From: an uncultured bacterium
Lineage (GTDB): Bacteria > Omnitrophota > Gorgyraeia > Duberdicusellales > CBEUCJ01
Reading direction: 5' to 3'
Assembly (NCBI GenBank): GCA_965541615.1
Contig: CBEUCJ010000002.1
Location: 159,795 to 223,794, forward strand
DNA: 64,000 bases
Shown here: positions 31,794-40,641 of the stretch, one piece after another
Position numbering within the stretch: position 1 is the first letter of the stretch
Layout: each line of letters opens with the position of its first letter
Program-made: the position numbers and the translations under genes
Notes under the pieces: generated by a model
Databases searched by the model: none
The model's input: the letters and a program-made list of their open reading frames with translations, nothing else
Told to the model about the DNA's origin: nothing

Positions 31794-31970
31794 CTATATT
31801 TCTGCCCAGCAGAATTCAGAATAAGCACAAAATCTACAAAAAAGAAATTCTTTTTGCAGGCACAGGTTTTTCATAGTTGATTGATTCTTTAATACTTTTC
31901 TATTGCTTTTTCAACCTCAATTTCTATTTCTGAGTTCATTTCACAGGAATTCTTTTTTTCTCTTAAACTG
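31794..31970 (-). pseudogene. cas4: C-terminal remnant of Cas4
   Basis: Frameshifted translation ending ...CRFCAYSEFCWAEI*, the CxxCxYxxxC Fe-S tail of Cas4, upstream of the I-B cas1 relic; left boundary exact, right boundary approximate. Confidence 0.75.
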
Positions 31971-31989
31971 GTGAGCAAAAAGTCAAGTT

Positions 31990-32550
31990 TTACAAAGTCT
32001 CTTCCTTTAACATATTTTCTAAAAAAACAGACATGAATTTTGGTAGCATAAAGAGAAGGCAAATCAAAATGACAACATCAAAAACGAAAAGTTTATTGAT
32101 TAATGAAACTTCTGTATTGTAACCTGAAGGAGGGTTAGTGTCTATTTCAATCTTTATAAAAACTTTTTGCTCTGGAAGATTAGATAATTTTAAATCAAAA
32201 AGAATTTTTTTAAATTTAACCTCCAAGACACAAATTGCTTTTCTGCTCTTAGCTTTAATTTCTGGATTTAAATTGTATTCATTTAATCTTCTTTTCAAAA
32301 TATTAACAATATCCTTTAAGTTATATCCTTTCTTCCTTATCAGAGAAAAATCCAGATCTTCTGAAAATCTTTTCAAATCAAAAAGTAATCTCAAAGCTGT
32401 TCCTCCTACAAAAGCAAGATTTTTAAAAAAACCTGCCTGCTGAAAGATTTTAAGTATAAGTATCTGCAACAATTCCCTTAAATGGTTGAATTTCTCTTCA
32501 TAAGTTTTAAAATTTCTAAGTTCCTTCTCTAAAACTTCAAGCATACTCAT
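31990..32550 (-). pseudogene. AbiEii-family nucleotidyltransferase toxin, frameshifted and truncated
   Basis: FVGGTALRL...RFSEDLDF; near 32070 the conserved (H)FDLPSLYATKIH...KGRDF continues in another frame and is then cut off at the cas4 remnant. Confidence 0.82.
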
Positions 32551-33171
32551 TTAAAAACTTACAAAAATCTTTTACTACTTTCTCTAATTTCTTGTTATCA
32601 AAATATCTCGCGAATTCAAAGAGTTTATTTTTTTTCAAAATTTCTAAATTCTGGAATCTAAAAGAAACTTCAAATATATCTAAATCGTAATCCTTAAAGT
32701 AATGTAAATTAAGATAAAAAAATCAACGATTGCTTTCTCAGGCTGAGCTATAAAGACTTTAAATCCATTTTCATCATTAATAGTAGTAAATCCCCTGAAG
32801 GCTGAAGTTTTAATATGTTGATAAATAAACACTCCTAAAGAATTTTTGATTCTATAAGTTTTTTGAGGAGTAACTGAAGTAATATCTATAACTTTTTCAG
32901 GAATTAACTCATAGAATCCTAATGCATATTCACAACTTACATATGAAGGAAAATATAGCTGATTGGCTAAAAATAACTTTGAAGGGTTTATTTTTCCATC
33001 ACTTTCATTTAAAATATAAATTCCTCTCCTCAATTTTAAAATCAATCCTTTCTTTTGCCACCTTGTTATTTGATTTCTTACTAATTGAGAGTCTTCTCCT
33101 ATAAATTGAAGTTGGGTCGAAGTAATTAAAGGATATTTTTCTACTCTTTTTTTAAACTCCAAATAATTCAT
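32537..33171 (-). pseudogene. AbiEi-family antitoxin with a 1-nt frameshift in a T7 tract
   Basis: LKLRRGIY, PSYVSCEYALGFYELIPE, AQPEKAIVDF; adding one T at ~32716-32722 restores DFFYLNL...FRFQNLE...KFLNEYA*, which overlaps the toxin start. Confidence 0.8.
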
Positions 33172-33177
33172 TTCCTC

Positions 33178-33199
33178 AAATAATCATTTTTGATTATTT
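33178..33199. promoter_or_regulatory. inverted-repeat operator upstream of abiEi
   Basis: Perfect AAATAATCA-4-TGATTATTT; AbiEi proteins are known to autorepress via promoter inverted repeats. Confidence 0.6.
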
Positions 33200-33297
33200 T
33201 CAGAAATAACTATAACATATTTAAAGAATTTTTCCCACAAAAAGTTACACCTTCTTTTCTTTTCAAAAATATCCATTTTCATTTCTAATCCATGTGA

Positions 33298-34769
33298 ATC
33301 ACAATCCCCTTCTAGATGGGTCTGTGATTATCTCAAAAAGTGTTTATGACTTTGAAGTTTGGAAATCTGAATATAGTCACAATCCCCTTCTAGATGGGTC
33401 TGTGATTATCTCTGGGGAAATTGAAAAGAAGACTGAAGCTGTTTGAGTTTCGGAAATTTTGTCACAATCCCCTTCTAGATGGGTCTGTGATTATCTCTAC
33501 AGAATTGGGGATAGCAGACATAGAGAAAGCTATAGAAGAGTCACAATCCCCTTCTAGATGGGTCTGTGATTATCTCAGAAGAGAGAGACAAAATTTTAGA
33601 GAGAGCCAAGCTTATAGTGTCACAATCCCCTTCTAGATGGGTCTGTGATTATCTCTGATTAGGGCTACGGGCAATGTTGTTATAGTTTATGGGTTAAAGT
33701 CACAATCCCCTTCTAGATGGGTCTGTGATTATCTCCATCGTTTTCTGCATTAAACTGAAGTTTGTCTGTTTTAGCTTTAGTCACAATCCCCTTCTAGATG
33801 GGTCTGTGATTATCTCCTTTAATGTTTTCTTTTTGTATTATTTTTTCTATTTGTTTTTTGTCACAATCCCCTTCTAGATGGGTCTGTGATTATCTCCAGC
33901 TTTTAGTAGTTTTTAGTCCGAATGGTTTTCCTTCTTTGTCACAATCCCCTTCTAGATGGGTCTGTGATTATCTCTGAGAGAAGAGATAAAAAACAAATTA
34001 AAAGATTTGATAAGTCACAATCCCCTTCTAGATGGGTCTGTGATTATCTCCAAAACTAAATCTTAAAATATCAGCACAAATTAAATCAATATTCATTAAA
34101 GTCACAATCCCCTTCTAGATGGGTCTGTGATTATCTCAGAGACAAATATTCTCTGTGATGATTGCAAGAGAAAAATGTCACAATCCCCTTCTAGATGGGT
34201 CTGTGATTATCTCGAAGTAGAAGAGATTGTCAGAAGGGTGGTTATCAAAAATGAGGTCACAATCCCCTTCTAGATGGGTCTGTGATTATCTCTTTCTCTT
34301 GCTCACGAGTATGAACAGAAAGAAAGATTTAGAAAGGTCACAATCCCCTTCTAGATGGGTCTGTGATTATCTCTGAGATTACCAAATTTTAAGGTCATAA
34401 ATACTTTTTTAGCATTCAACTTTGTCACAATCCCCTTCTAGATGGGTCTGTGATTATCTCGTTAGAACGTGAAGGGTAAAAGACAATGGCAACCACGATT
34501 GTCACAATCCCCTTCTAGATGGGTCTGTGATTATCTCTTTTTTCATCTCCTTTTTTGTTCATCTCTTCTCTCATCATAGGTCACAATCCCCTTCTAGATG
34601 GGTCTGTGATTATCTCGGGAGGAGATGGAAAGATTAAAAAGGTATATGGAAGAGAGGTCACAATCCCCTTCTAGATGGGTCTGTGATTATCTCCTGTGAG
34701 GATTCACAGAACTTACACGGGAGATGGCGAAGGTCACAATCCCCTTCTAGATGGGTCTGTGATTATCTC
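33298..34769 (-). CRISPR. CRISPR array, 19 repeats of 37 bp and 18 spacers of 39-50 bp
   Basis: + strand repeat GTCACAATCCCCTTCTAGATGGGTCTGTGATTATCTC (transcribed as GAGATAATCACAGACCCATCTAGAAGGGGATTGTGAC). The degenerate copy (G>A) at 33298 marks the trailer end; the leader lies next to cas2. Confidence 0.98.
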
Positions 34770-34859
34770 TGCATAAGTTATATTTCCTTATTTTCAAAGA
34801 ACAAATTTTGTTATTTGCGCAAATCCCTTGAAAAATTTCGCTTCTTCTAAACTTGCGCT
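34770..34859 (-). promoter_or_regulatory. CRISPR leader (90 nt)
   Basis: AT-rich gap between the cas2 stop and the first repeat; contains palindrome ATTTGCGCAAAT (34813-34824) and a second TTGCGC (34853-34858). Confidence 0.75.
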
Positions 34860-35153
34860 TTATACTATAAATACTTTTGGCTCCTCTAAAATTTCATGTA
34901 CACCTATATATTCCCTCTTTTTTGAACAATTGTTACACAAAAAATAGAAACTTACTTTGTCAGACTCTATATTCATCTCAGATAAAACTCTTTTTTTCAT
35001 GATTTCAAAGTTCTTTTTATCTAAATAGCATTCAAACACACTATATTGAACTCTTTCTCCATAATCTTCTAAAATATTAGCCACTTTATTCCTCCTTTTA
35101 TCGTCTGTAATATCATAACATACAATGATAAAACTTTTTTCTTTTTCTTTCAT
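34860..35153 (-). CDS. cas2: CRISPR-associated endonuclease Cas2
   Basis: VCYDITDDKRR, YGERVQYSVFEC. Confidence 0.96.
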   Translation of the reverse strand: MKEKEKSFIIVCYDITDDKRRNKVANILEDYGERVQYSVFECYLDKKNFEIMKKRVLSEMNIESDKVSFYFLCNNCSKKREYIGVHEILEEPKVFIV

Positions 35154-35160
35154 TGTAGAA

Positions 35161-36168
35161 TTACCTTATTAAAAAAGGTTCGTATTCTTTTTTATTTTTT
35201 ATAGCTTCAATCATTTTCTTAACTTGAACTTCAAACAATCTGCGATAACAAAACATTCCTTCAGGTAAAGCTACAAGAGCTCCCATTCTTTTTTCATATT
35301 GAGTAAAAAATATGCTTTTTGCCTTTGGATTCAAAAGAACTTTAAGAATTTTTCCCTCCTCTGTTTCTACATATTCAAAATCCTCTTTCTTTAACATTTC
35401 TTTATTTATCAAATCTAAAACTAATCTATCTACAATAACAGGTCTAAATTCCTCAATCAAATCTAAAGCCAACGAAGGTCTGGAATATTCTAAACTGTGT
35501 AAAAAACCAACATAAGGATCTAAACCCATGCCAAAAATTACAGAAAACATTTCTGAAGTAATTAAAGAATATCCCAAACTTAACAAAGAATTCACTGGAT
35601 CTAAAGGTGGATGACGAGTTCTTTCTTTAAATTCAAACTCCTTTTTTCTTATCATTTTTGAAAATCCCATAAAGTAAATTTTTGTAGACATTCCTTCTAA
35701 GCCTATTAAACTAGATACTTGCTGCTTACGATCTACTTCTTCTAAGAGTTCAGATAATCTTTCTATTTCCTCTCTTAAATCTACCTCTGGGTGATTGCGG
35801 TAAAATTTTGAAAGAACAGTTCGGCAATTTTTAATTTTTCCTTTAACAATACTTTTGGATATATTTAATCTAAAGTTGGTATCTTTAAAAGCTTCATATT
35901 GAGAAAGTCTTAAAAAAACATTTTTTGATTCAGAGGGAATTACTTTTCCTATAAATCTTCCCTGAATATTAAAGAAGCTAACATCTTTACCTTTTAGAAG
36001 TAAAAATCTGAGGGCTTGAGTAGTAATCTGCACATTTCCAAAGATAAAGATTCTTTCTACTTTAAATTCAGGAATTTCTAAAATCTTCCGTCCATCCTTT
36101 TCTATTACTATTCTCTCAGAATTTCTAAAAATTTTTGATCCCTGTTCAAGAAGATAGAGTGTGGGCAT
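35161..36168 (-). CDS. cas1: CRISPR-associated integrase Cas1 (type III-associated, no RT fusion)
   Basis: LIGLEG, DPVNSLLSLGYSL, GLDPYVGFLH, SLALDLIEEFRP. Confidence 0.97.
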   Translation of the reverse strand: MPTLYLLEQGSKIFRNSERIVIEKDGRKILEIPEFKVERIFIFGNVQITTQALRFLLLKGKDVSFFNIQGRFIGKVIPSESKNVFLRLSQYEAFKDTNFRLNISKSIVKGKIKNCRTVLSKFYRNHPEVDLREEIERLSELLEEVDRKQQVSSLIGLEGMSTKIYFMGFSKMIRKKEFEFKERTRHPPLDPVNSLLSLGYSLITSEMFSVIFGMGLDPYVGFLHSLEYSRPSLALDLIEEFRPVIVDRLVLDLINKEMLKKEDFEYVETEEGKILKVLLNPKAKSIFFTQYEKRMGALVALPEGMFCYRRLFEVQVKKMIEAIKNKKEYEPFLIR

Positions 36169-36169
36169 T

Positions 36170-37429
36170 TTAGAAAAGTGGTGGTAGATATGTAATTTTA
36201 GGAAACCTCACTTGAGAACGAATCGAATCTATGTTAGGGAAAATTTTTTTAAGGAAACTTTCTATCTCGGAAAGCATTTTTTTATAATGTTCCTCTGAAA
36301 TTGGTATAAATCCATGAGCAAGAATAGAGTTATTTCTTATGTGAAGCAATTTTTTTAAATTTTCTTTATGTTGTATAAAACCTTCTCCTACTTTGTCACC
36401 TAACTCAAAAAGTAATTCATAGTTTTTGTAAAGTGACAACTTTATTTTTCCATCGTTAGGATCTGCATATCTTATATATTTAGGCCTTAAATTTTCAGGA
36501 AGTTTTGTTATATCTAAATCTTCCGTATCTATACTTCCATCCTTTTTTAATTTATATAACCCTCGTTGAGCTATATGAAATTGAGATATGTATTCTAGAC
36601 ACCTATACAATCGTGCTGCCGCATCGTCATATTTATTTTCCACATCTCCTCTTCGACGAGCATTTTCCAGAAGATCGGCGATTCTCTCTATGCAAAATGG
36701 ATTTTCTTTCTCTTTATATAGAGCTTGCCTATTTTTCTCTATAACATTTTTAAGCCTCCATTCTTCTATTTTCTCTGATTTTTCTTTAAAAATCTGACAA
36801 ATTTTTTTAAAAGCTTCTTTTATATTAAATTTATCCCACAACAAATAAATTTCACATAAAGTTGAAAAGAAGTCCACATTTTCTTGAAATCTATTACTAA
36901 GCAACAATTGTTTAATCTGAGATAATTTTTTTAAACACATATCAAATTGATAAGTATTAAATAACTGTATTATTTCTCTAAAAGTTGATAAGATATAAAC
37001 TCTATTAGGTTCAAGGCTTACCATCCTTTCGGTCCCAGAAATTACCCTTCCATTTTTATCTCTCTTCCCACTTATATATACTAGAGAGCCTATTCTTTTT
37101 TCTATACTTGCTAATACTAATCCAGCAGACATAGCTTTTGTTCCTGAAGTATAGTCAACACATATTTCTCTGGATTCGAAATTTTGCAACAGTTCCTTAA
37201 GTATCTCTTCGCATTTCAGCTTAATTTCTTCAACATCATTTTCATCTTCAATTATTACCTCTTTGTACTCTTTTATTTTTGCTTCTTTTACTATCAAAGG
37301 TATGTTTTTACTACTTTCTTTAGTCGTCAAAAAGATTATATAATCTGGATTGTTTTGAGTGATTGAAAACTGTATTCCATGGATTATTCCCTCCCCTGTT
37401 CCTACACTAATAACTAATATTTTTGACAT
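36170..37429 (-). CDS. csm6: CARF-HEPN ancillary RNase (Csm6-like, TIGR02710 family)
   Basis: CARF motifs SVGTG and VDYTSGTKAMSAG; YDDAAARLYRCLE; HEPN RNNSILAHG (R-x6-H). Confidence 0.88.
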   Translation of the reverse strand: MSKILVISVGTGEGIIHGIQFSITQNNPDYIIFLTTKESSKNIPLIVKEAKIKEYKEVIIEDENDVEEIKLKCEEILKELLQNFESREICVDYTSGTKAMSAGLVLASIEKRIGSLVYISGKRDKNGRVISGTERMVSLEPNRVYILSTFREIIQLFNTYQFDMCLKKLSQIKQLLLSNRFQENVDFFSTLCEIYLLWDKFNIKEAFKKICQIFKEKSEKIEEWRLKNVIEKNRQALYKEKENPFCIERIADLLENARRRGDVENKYDDAAARLYRCLEYISQFHIAQRGLYKLKKDGSIDTEDLDITKLPENLRPKYIRYADPNDGKIKLSLYKNYELLFELGDKVGEGFIQHKENLKKLLHIRNNSILAHGFIPISEEHYKKMLSEIESFLKKIFPNIDSIRSQVRFPKITYLPPLF

Positions 37430-37445
37430 CTCAAAACTGTTAAAA

Positions 37446-38414
37446 TTAATGCTCTACATATAGAGCTGCCCACCCTAAAGGAATCTTACCATTTATAAGT
37501 TTCTGAGTCCGTGGTAATTCACCTGGAGACAGAGACGGAAAATTTCTGCGAGGCACTCTATAGTCTTTCAACCCTAATTCCTCTGCCAAAATAAGCAAAG
37601 AGGTACTTAAAATTGAAGAACCTTGCCCCAGTCTTACAAGAAAGCAATTATGAGGAATGTTAAAATTATATTTCATTTTCTGATAAACTTTTCTGTAAAA
37701 TTCATCTGCATAAGAAAGTATTCTGTAAGGATCCAGTTTCCCAAATTTGAAGGAATCTATAGAAGTCTTCATATTTACTTCAAAAACGATTTCAGGCTTC
37801 AAGGTTTCGTAAAGCACAGGTATACCTTTTTCTCTTTGAGTATCAATTTCAGTAACTTTCACCAGAGAAATTTCCAAACACTCTTCAGGACTTTTAAAAT
37901 CTGAATCTTCTACATCTAACCATCTGGAGAATCTTTTATTATCCAATACAGAAATTTTTCCTAAAATTTCCCCAAGAAATCTATTATAATCATCTAATGT
38001 TCTTATATTATGCTCCTTTGCCACCTTGTAAATCACTCCTGAGAGCAGACATCCTTTTAAAGAACTTCCTGGAATGTATATTCTCCTTGCAGATTTAATA
38101 AATGGTCTTATATTAATCAAATTGCTTCCTCTTGCAGAAGCAGAAACCTTTGCCTTGTAAAGAATATTTCTAAATAACATTTCTTGAGGTAAAGCATCCC
38201 CTATATACCTGTTATTTTGGAAGGTGGAAATAAATCTATCCATATCACTTCTAAAGTCAGAGTCTGAAAAAAGTCTTTCCATATCAATAAACCCAACTTC
38301 ATCACCAAGTTTGTCTGAAATTCTACCAGAGGTTATACTGATGTATTCTAAAGGTGTTATCTGCGATCCCGAACCTATATGAATGGGTGTCAGAACTTTA
38401 AGTCTAATTTTCAT
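37446..38414 (-). CDS. csm5: type III-A RAMP Csm5
   Basis: LTPIHIGSG, YIPGSSLKG, RLGQGS, PLGWA. Confidence 0.9.
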   Translation of the reverse strand: MKIRLKVLTPIHIGSGSQITPLEYISITSGRISDKLGDEVGFIDMERLFSDSDFRSDMDRFISTFQNNRYIGDALPQEMLFRNILYKAKVSASARGSNLINIRPFIKSARRIYIPGSSLKGCLLSGVIYKVAKEHNIRTLDDYNRFLGEILGKISVLDNKRFSRWLDVEDSDFKSPEECLEISLVKVTEIDTQREKGIPVLYETLKPEIVFEVNMKTSIDSFKFGKLDPYRILSYADEFYRKVYQKMKYNFNIPHNCFLVRLGQGSSILSTSLLILAEELGLKDYRVPRRNFPSLSPGELPRTQKLINGKIPLGWAALYVEH

Positions 38415-39357
38415 TATTCACCTCCAAAACACATGGTACATTAAAAGCAAGTCCATATCTATACACCCTGTGTTGAGTAAATATCTCAGGAGTTACATCC
38501 GCAACTTTACCTATTTTTTTGTTAGGAAAAACTGAACCCTCTTTGAACATTCTTACGGTCTTTTTTCTTAAACTACGATTAAATGGAGAATAGATATAAC
38601 CCCTTCTTTCCAAAATTTCATAGAAGCCATTTTTTATATCATTAAGTTCATTCTCCTGAGGAAAATAAAGTGATAGCGTAAGTGCTGCTTTGCTTTCAGG
38701 GATTTTTATTTCCATCTCATCTTCTTCCAAGCAAAACAACCCTTTACCCACGGTCCTATCTCCTCCTATACCCTCATCTCCCAAAAGCCTTAAGGTAGTA
38801 GTAAATTCTTTCTCTAATGAAGAGTCATTGAAATGGGTCAGAAAAAATAATCCAGAGTTATCTTTGAAAAATACTTCTCCAAAATGAAAAAAGTTATCGT
38901 GAGGGTGTGCATCCCACCTACTTAAACCTACACGAGGAGTGTTCATAACTTTCCAAGGTTTTTCTGCACTCTCCTTTATAAAATCTATCTTTTCCTTAAC
39001 TTTTTCAATGCTTTCTCCTCTTAATAACATCTCAAATCCCTGTTTCTCAATAAACAGAATCTTTTTCGTCTCTTTTTCTGCAGGAATTTGATTTAGAGGT
39101 ATTGGAAAGTAGTATTTACTATTCCAGAAGGGGAAGGCAGAAGAAATTAAAAATGGAGGCGTGGATTCCACAAACTCCTTGAGCAATCTTTCAAGTCTTT
39201 CTTTGCCATATAATAGAAGATACCCATTACAGAAGGCAGAAAATATAGTATCTGAATGGATAAGAAATTCGGTACTCTCTGTAAATCCTTCCCTTGTGCC
39301 AATATGTAGAGAAGACTTAAATCTGAGTTTGTAAACCCTGAATTTCAAAACATTCAT
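38404..39357 (-). CDS. csm4: type III-A RAMP Csm4
   Basis: LHIG, IHSDTIFSAF, ISSAFP, GIGGDRTVGKG, MFKEGSVF, HRVYRYG. Confidence 0.93.
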   Translation of the reverse strand: MNVLKFRVYKLRFKSSLHIGTREGFTESTEFLIHSDTIFSAFCNGYLLLYGKERLERLLKEFVESTPPFLISSAFPFWNSKYYFPIPLNQIPAEKETKKILFIEKQGFEMLLRGESIEKVKEKIDFIKESAEKPWKVMNTPRVGLSRWDAHPHDNFFHFGEVFFKDNSGLFFLTHFNDSSLEKEFTTTLRLLGDEGIGGDRTVGKGLFCLEEDEMEIKIPESKAALTLSLYFPQENELNDIKNGFYEILERRGYIYSPFNRSLRKKTVRMFKEGSVFPNKKIGKVADVTPEIFTQHRVYRYGLAFNVPCVLEVNNEN

Positions 39358-40199
39358 TTTATATTTTTGACGATTTCATTAAAATTCTCTACAATCAAAG
39401 AAGGAGTATTATATTCTCCATTTATTATTCTCTGATTTAACTTACCAGTCTCATAATCCTCTTTTTTGTTCCAGTAAATTTTAATATTCTTAAATTTGAT
39501 CTTCCCATATCCTCGAGAACCCATTCCTCCCAGATAATCATCTTCTAAGAGTTCCATAGCTTCGAAAACTTTCACTAAAAGAGCTTTATCCGCCTCTTCA
39601 TAGACATTGTAAATAATTTCCATAGGGCTAAACACAGCCCCTGCAGGAACACGATCTATGGTTCTCAGACTCCCTCCTCGCGCAGTTCCTTTATATCTAT
39701 CAATGGCCGTTTCCATCTTAACCTCTGTCCATTCAAGTTCGAGATTTCTTTTCATCTCCTCTGTAATTGAAGTTTCATCCAATGGAACATCTCGAACCAT
39801 GATGCGTGTCAATACAGGAATACCAGCTATATCACTACCTCCCAACACTCCCCAGATTTTACATACTGGGCAATTTTGGTATTCTATATTACTCTCACAC
39901 TCGTGAGCGTAAGGTTCCTTCACTCTTTCCTTTTTACCATTTCTAATAACTTCCTTTTCTTGCATCTTATTTAACTTAACGCCCTCCTTTCTCTCGGCTA
40001 ACGTTCGTAGTTTTCCCTTCAAAGAAGATCCAGGAATATAAGGTTTCCCAAAAGCGTCACAAATTACTGGATGATCTATACCTCCTATTTTAAGACCCGT
40101 TGTAGGACCTGCTATTCTAAGACCAGTTATAACACAAATATCTCCTCTTATTATGATTTTTCCTAACAAGCAAATTTTATCATGCTGTTCCATCCTCAC
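39354..40199 (-). CDS. csm3: type III-A backbone RNase Csm3
   Basis: IGGIDHPV (catalytic Asp retained), PYIPGSSLKGKLR, TEVKMETAIDR, YLGGMGSRGYG. Confidence 0.95.
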   Translation of the reverse strand: MRMEQHDKICLLGKIIIRGDICVITGLRIAGPTTGLKIGGIDHPVICDAFGKPYIPGSSLKGKLRTLAERKEGVKLNKMQEKEVIRNGKKERVKEPYAHECESNIEYQNCPVCKIWGVLGGSDIAGIPVLTRIMVRDVPLDETSITEEMKRNLELEWTEVKMETAIDRYKGTARGGSLRTIDRVPAGAVFSPMEIIYNVYEEADKALLVKVFEAMELLEDDYLGGMGSRGYGKIKFKNIKIYWNKKEDYETGKLNQRIINGEYNTPSLIVENFNEIVKNIK

Positions 40200-40208
40200 A
40201 CCTCCTCT

Positions 40209-40604
40209 TTAATCTCTTATCCTACTATAAAATTTATGGTAACCTACTATCGCCTCAAAAAAATCGCGAAAATTTTTGAATTTATTAAAATCCCTCCCTA
40301 CCATCTTAATAGCTAAATCTAAAATATCTTTTAATTCTCTTAGAGATTGTGAATCTTTATTTCTCCCAGCTATATAGGCTAATTTAGGACGTAACAATTC
40401 AAGTTCTCCCTTTTCAATGTCTTCTTGTCGCATTCTCTGCACATCATCTAATATATTTCTAATTTGAGAGGTTGTAAGTTTATATTTTTTCTCTTTCTCA
40501 TTTTGTGGAGCAAACTTTTTACCTAATTCTTCAGCATATTCATTTAATACACTGCTATTTCCATTAATTATCTCCTTAATTTTTTCCACTTCTTTCTCAT
40601 TCAT
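40209..40604 (-). CDS. csm2: type III-A small subunit Csm2
   Basis: LTTSQIRNI, LRPKLAYIAGR, FFEAIVGYHKF. Confidence 0.95.
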   Translation of the reverse strand: MNEKEVEKIKEIINGNSSVLNEYAEELGKKFAPQNEKEKKYKLTTSQIRNILDDVQRMRQEDIEKGELELLRPKLAYIAGRNKDSQSLRELKDILDLAIKMVGRDFNKFKNFRDFFEAIVGYHKFYSRIRD

Positions 40605-40641
40605 ACTCTACCTCCTTTTTTATCAATCTTGCGATCATTCT

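Noticed and set aside
33421-33636. 71-aa + strand ORF in the ORF track
   Set aside because: It lies inside the CRISPR array and translates repeats and spacers.
33975-34579. 13-nt match TGAGAGAAGAGAT between spacer 9 and the reverse complement of spacer 16
   Set aside because: Low-complexity purine run; the alignment and encoded peptides diverge immediately afterwards, unlike the spacer 1/14 pair.
33298-34769. Self-targeting spacers against genes in this window
   Set aside because: No convincing match was found by eye; a full alignment against the genome was not possible.
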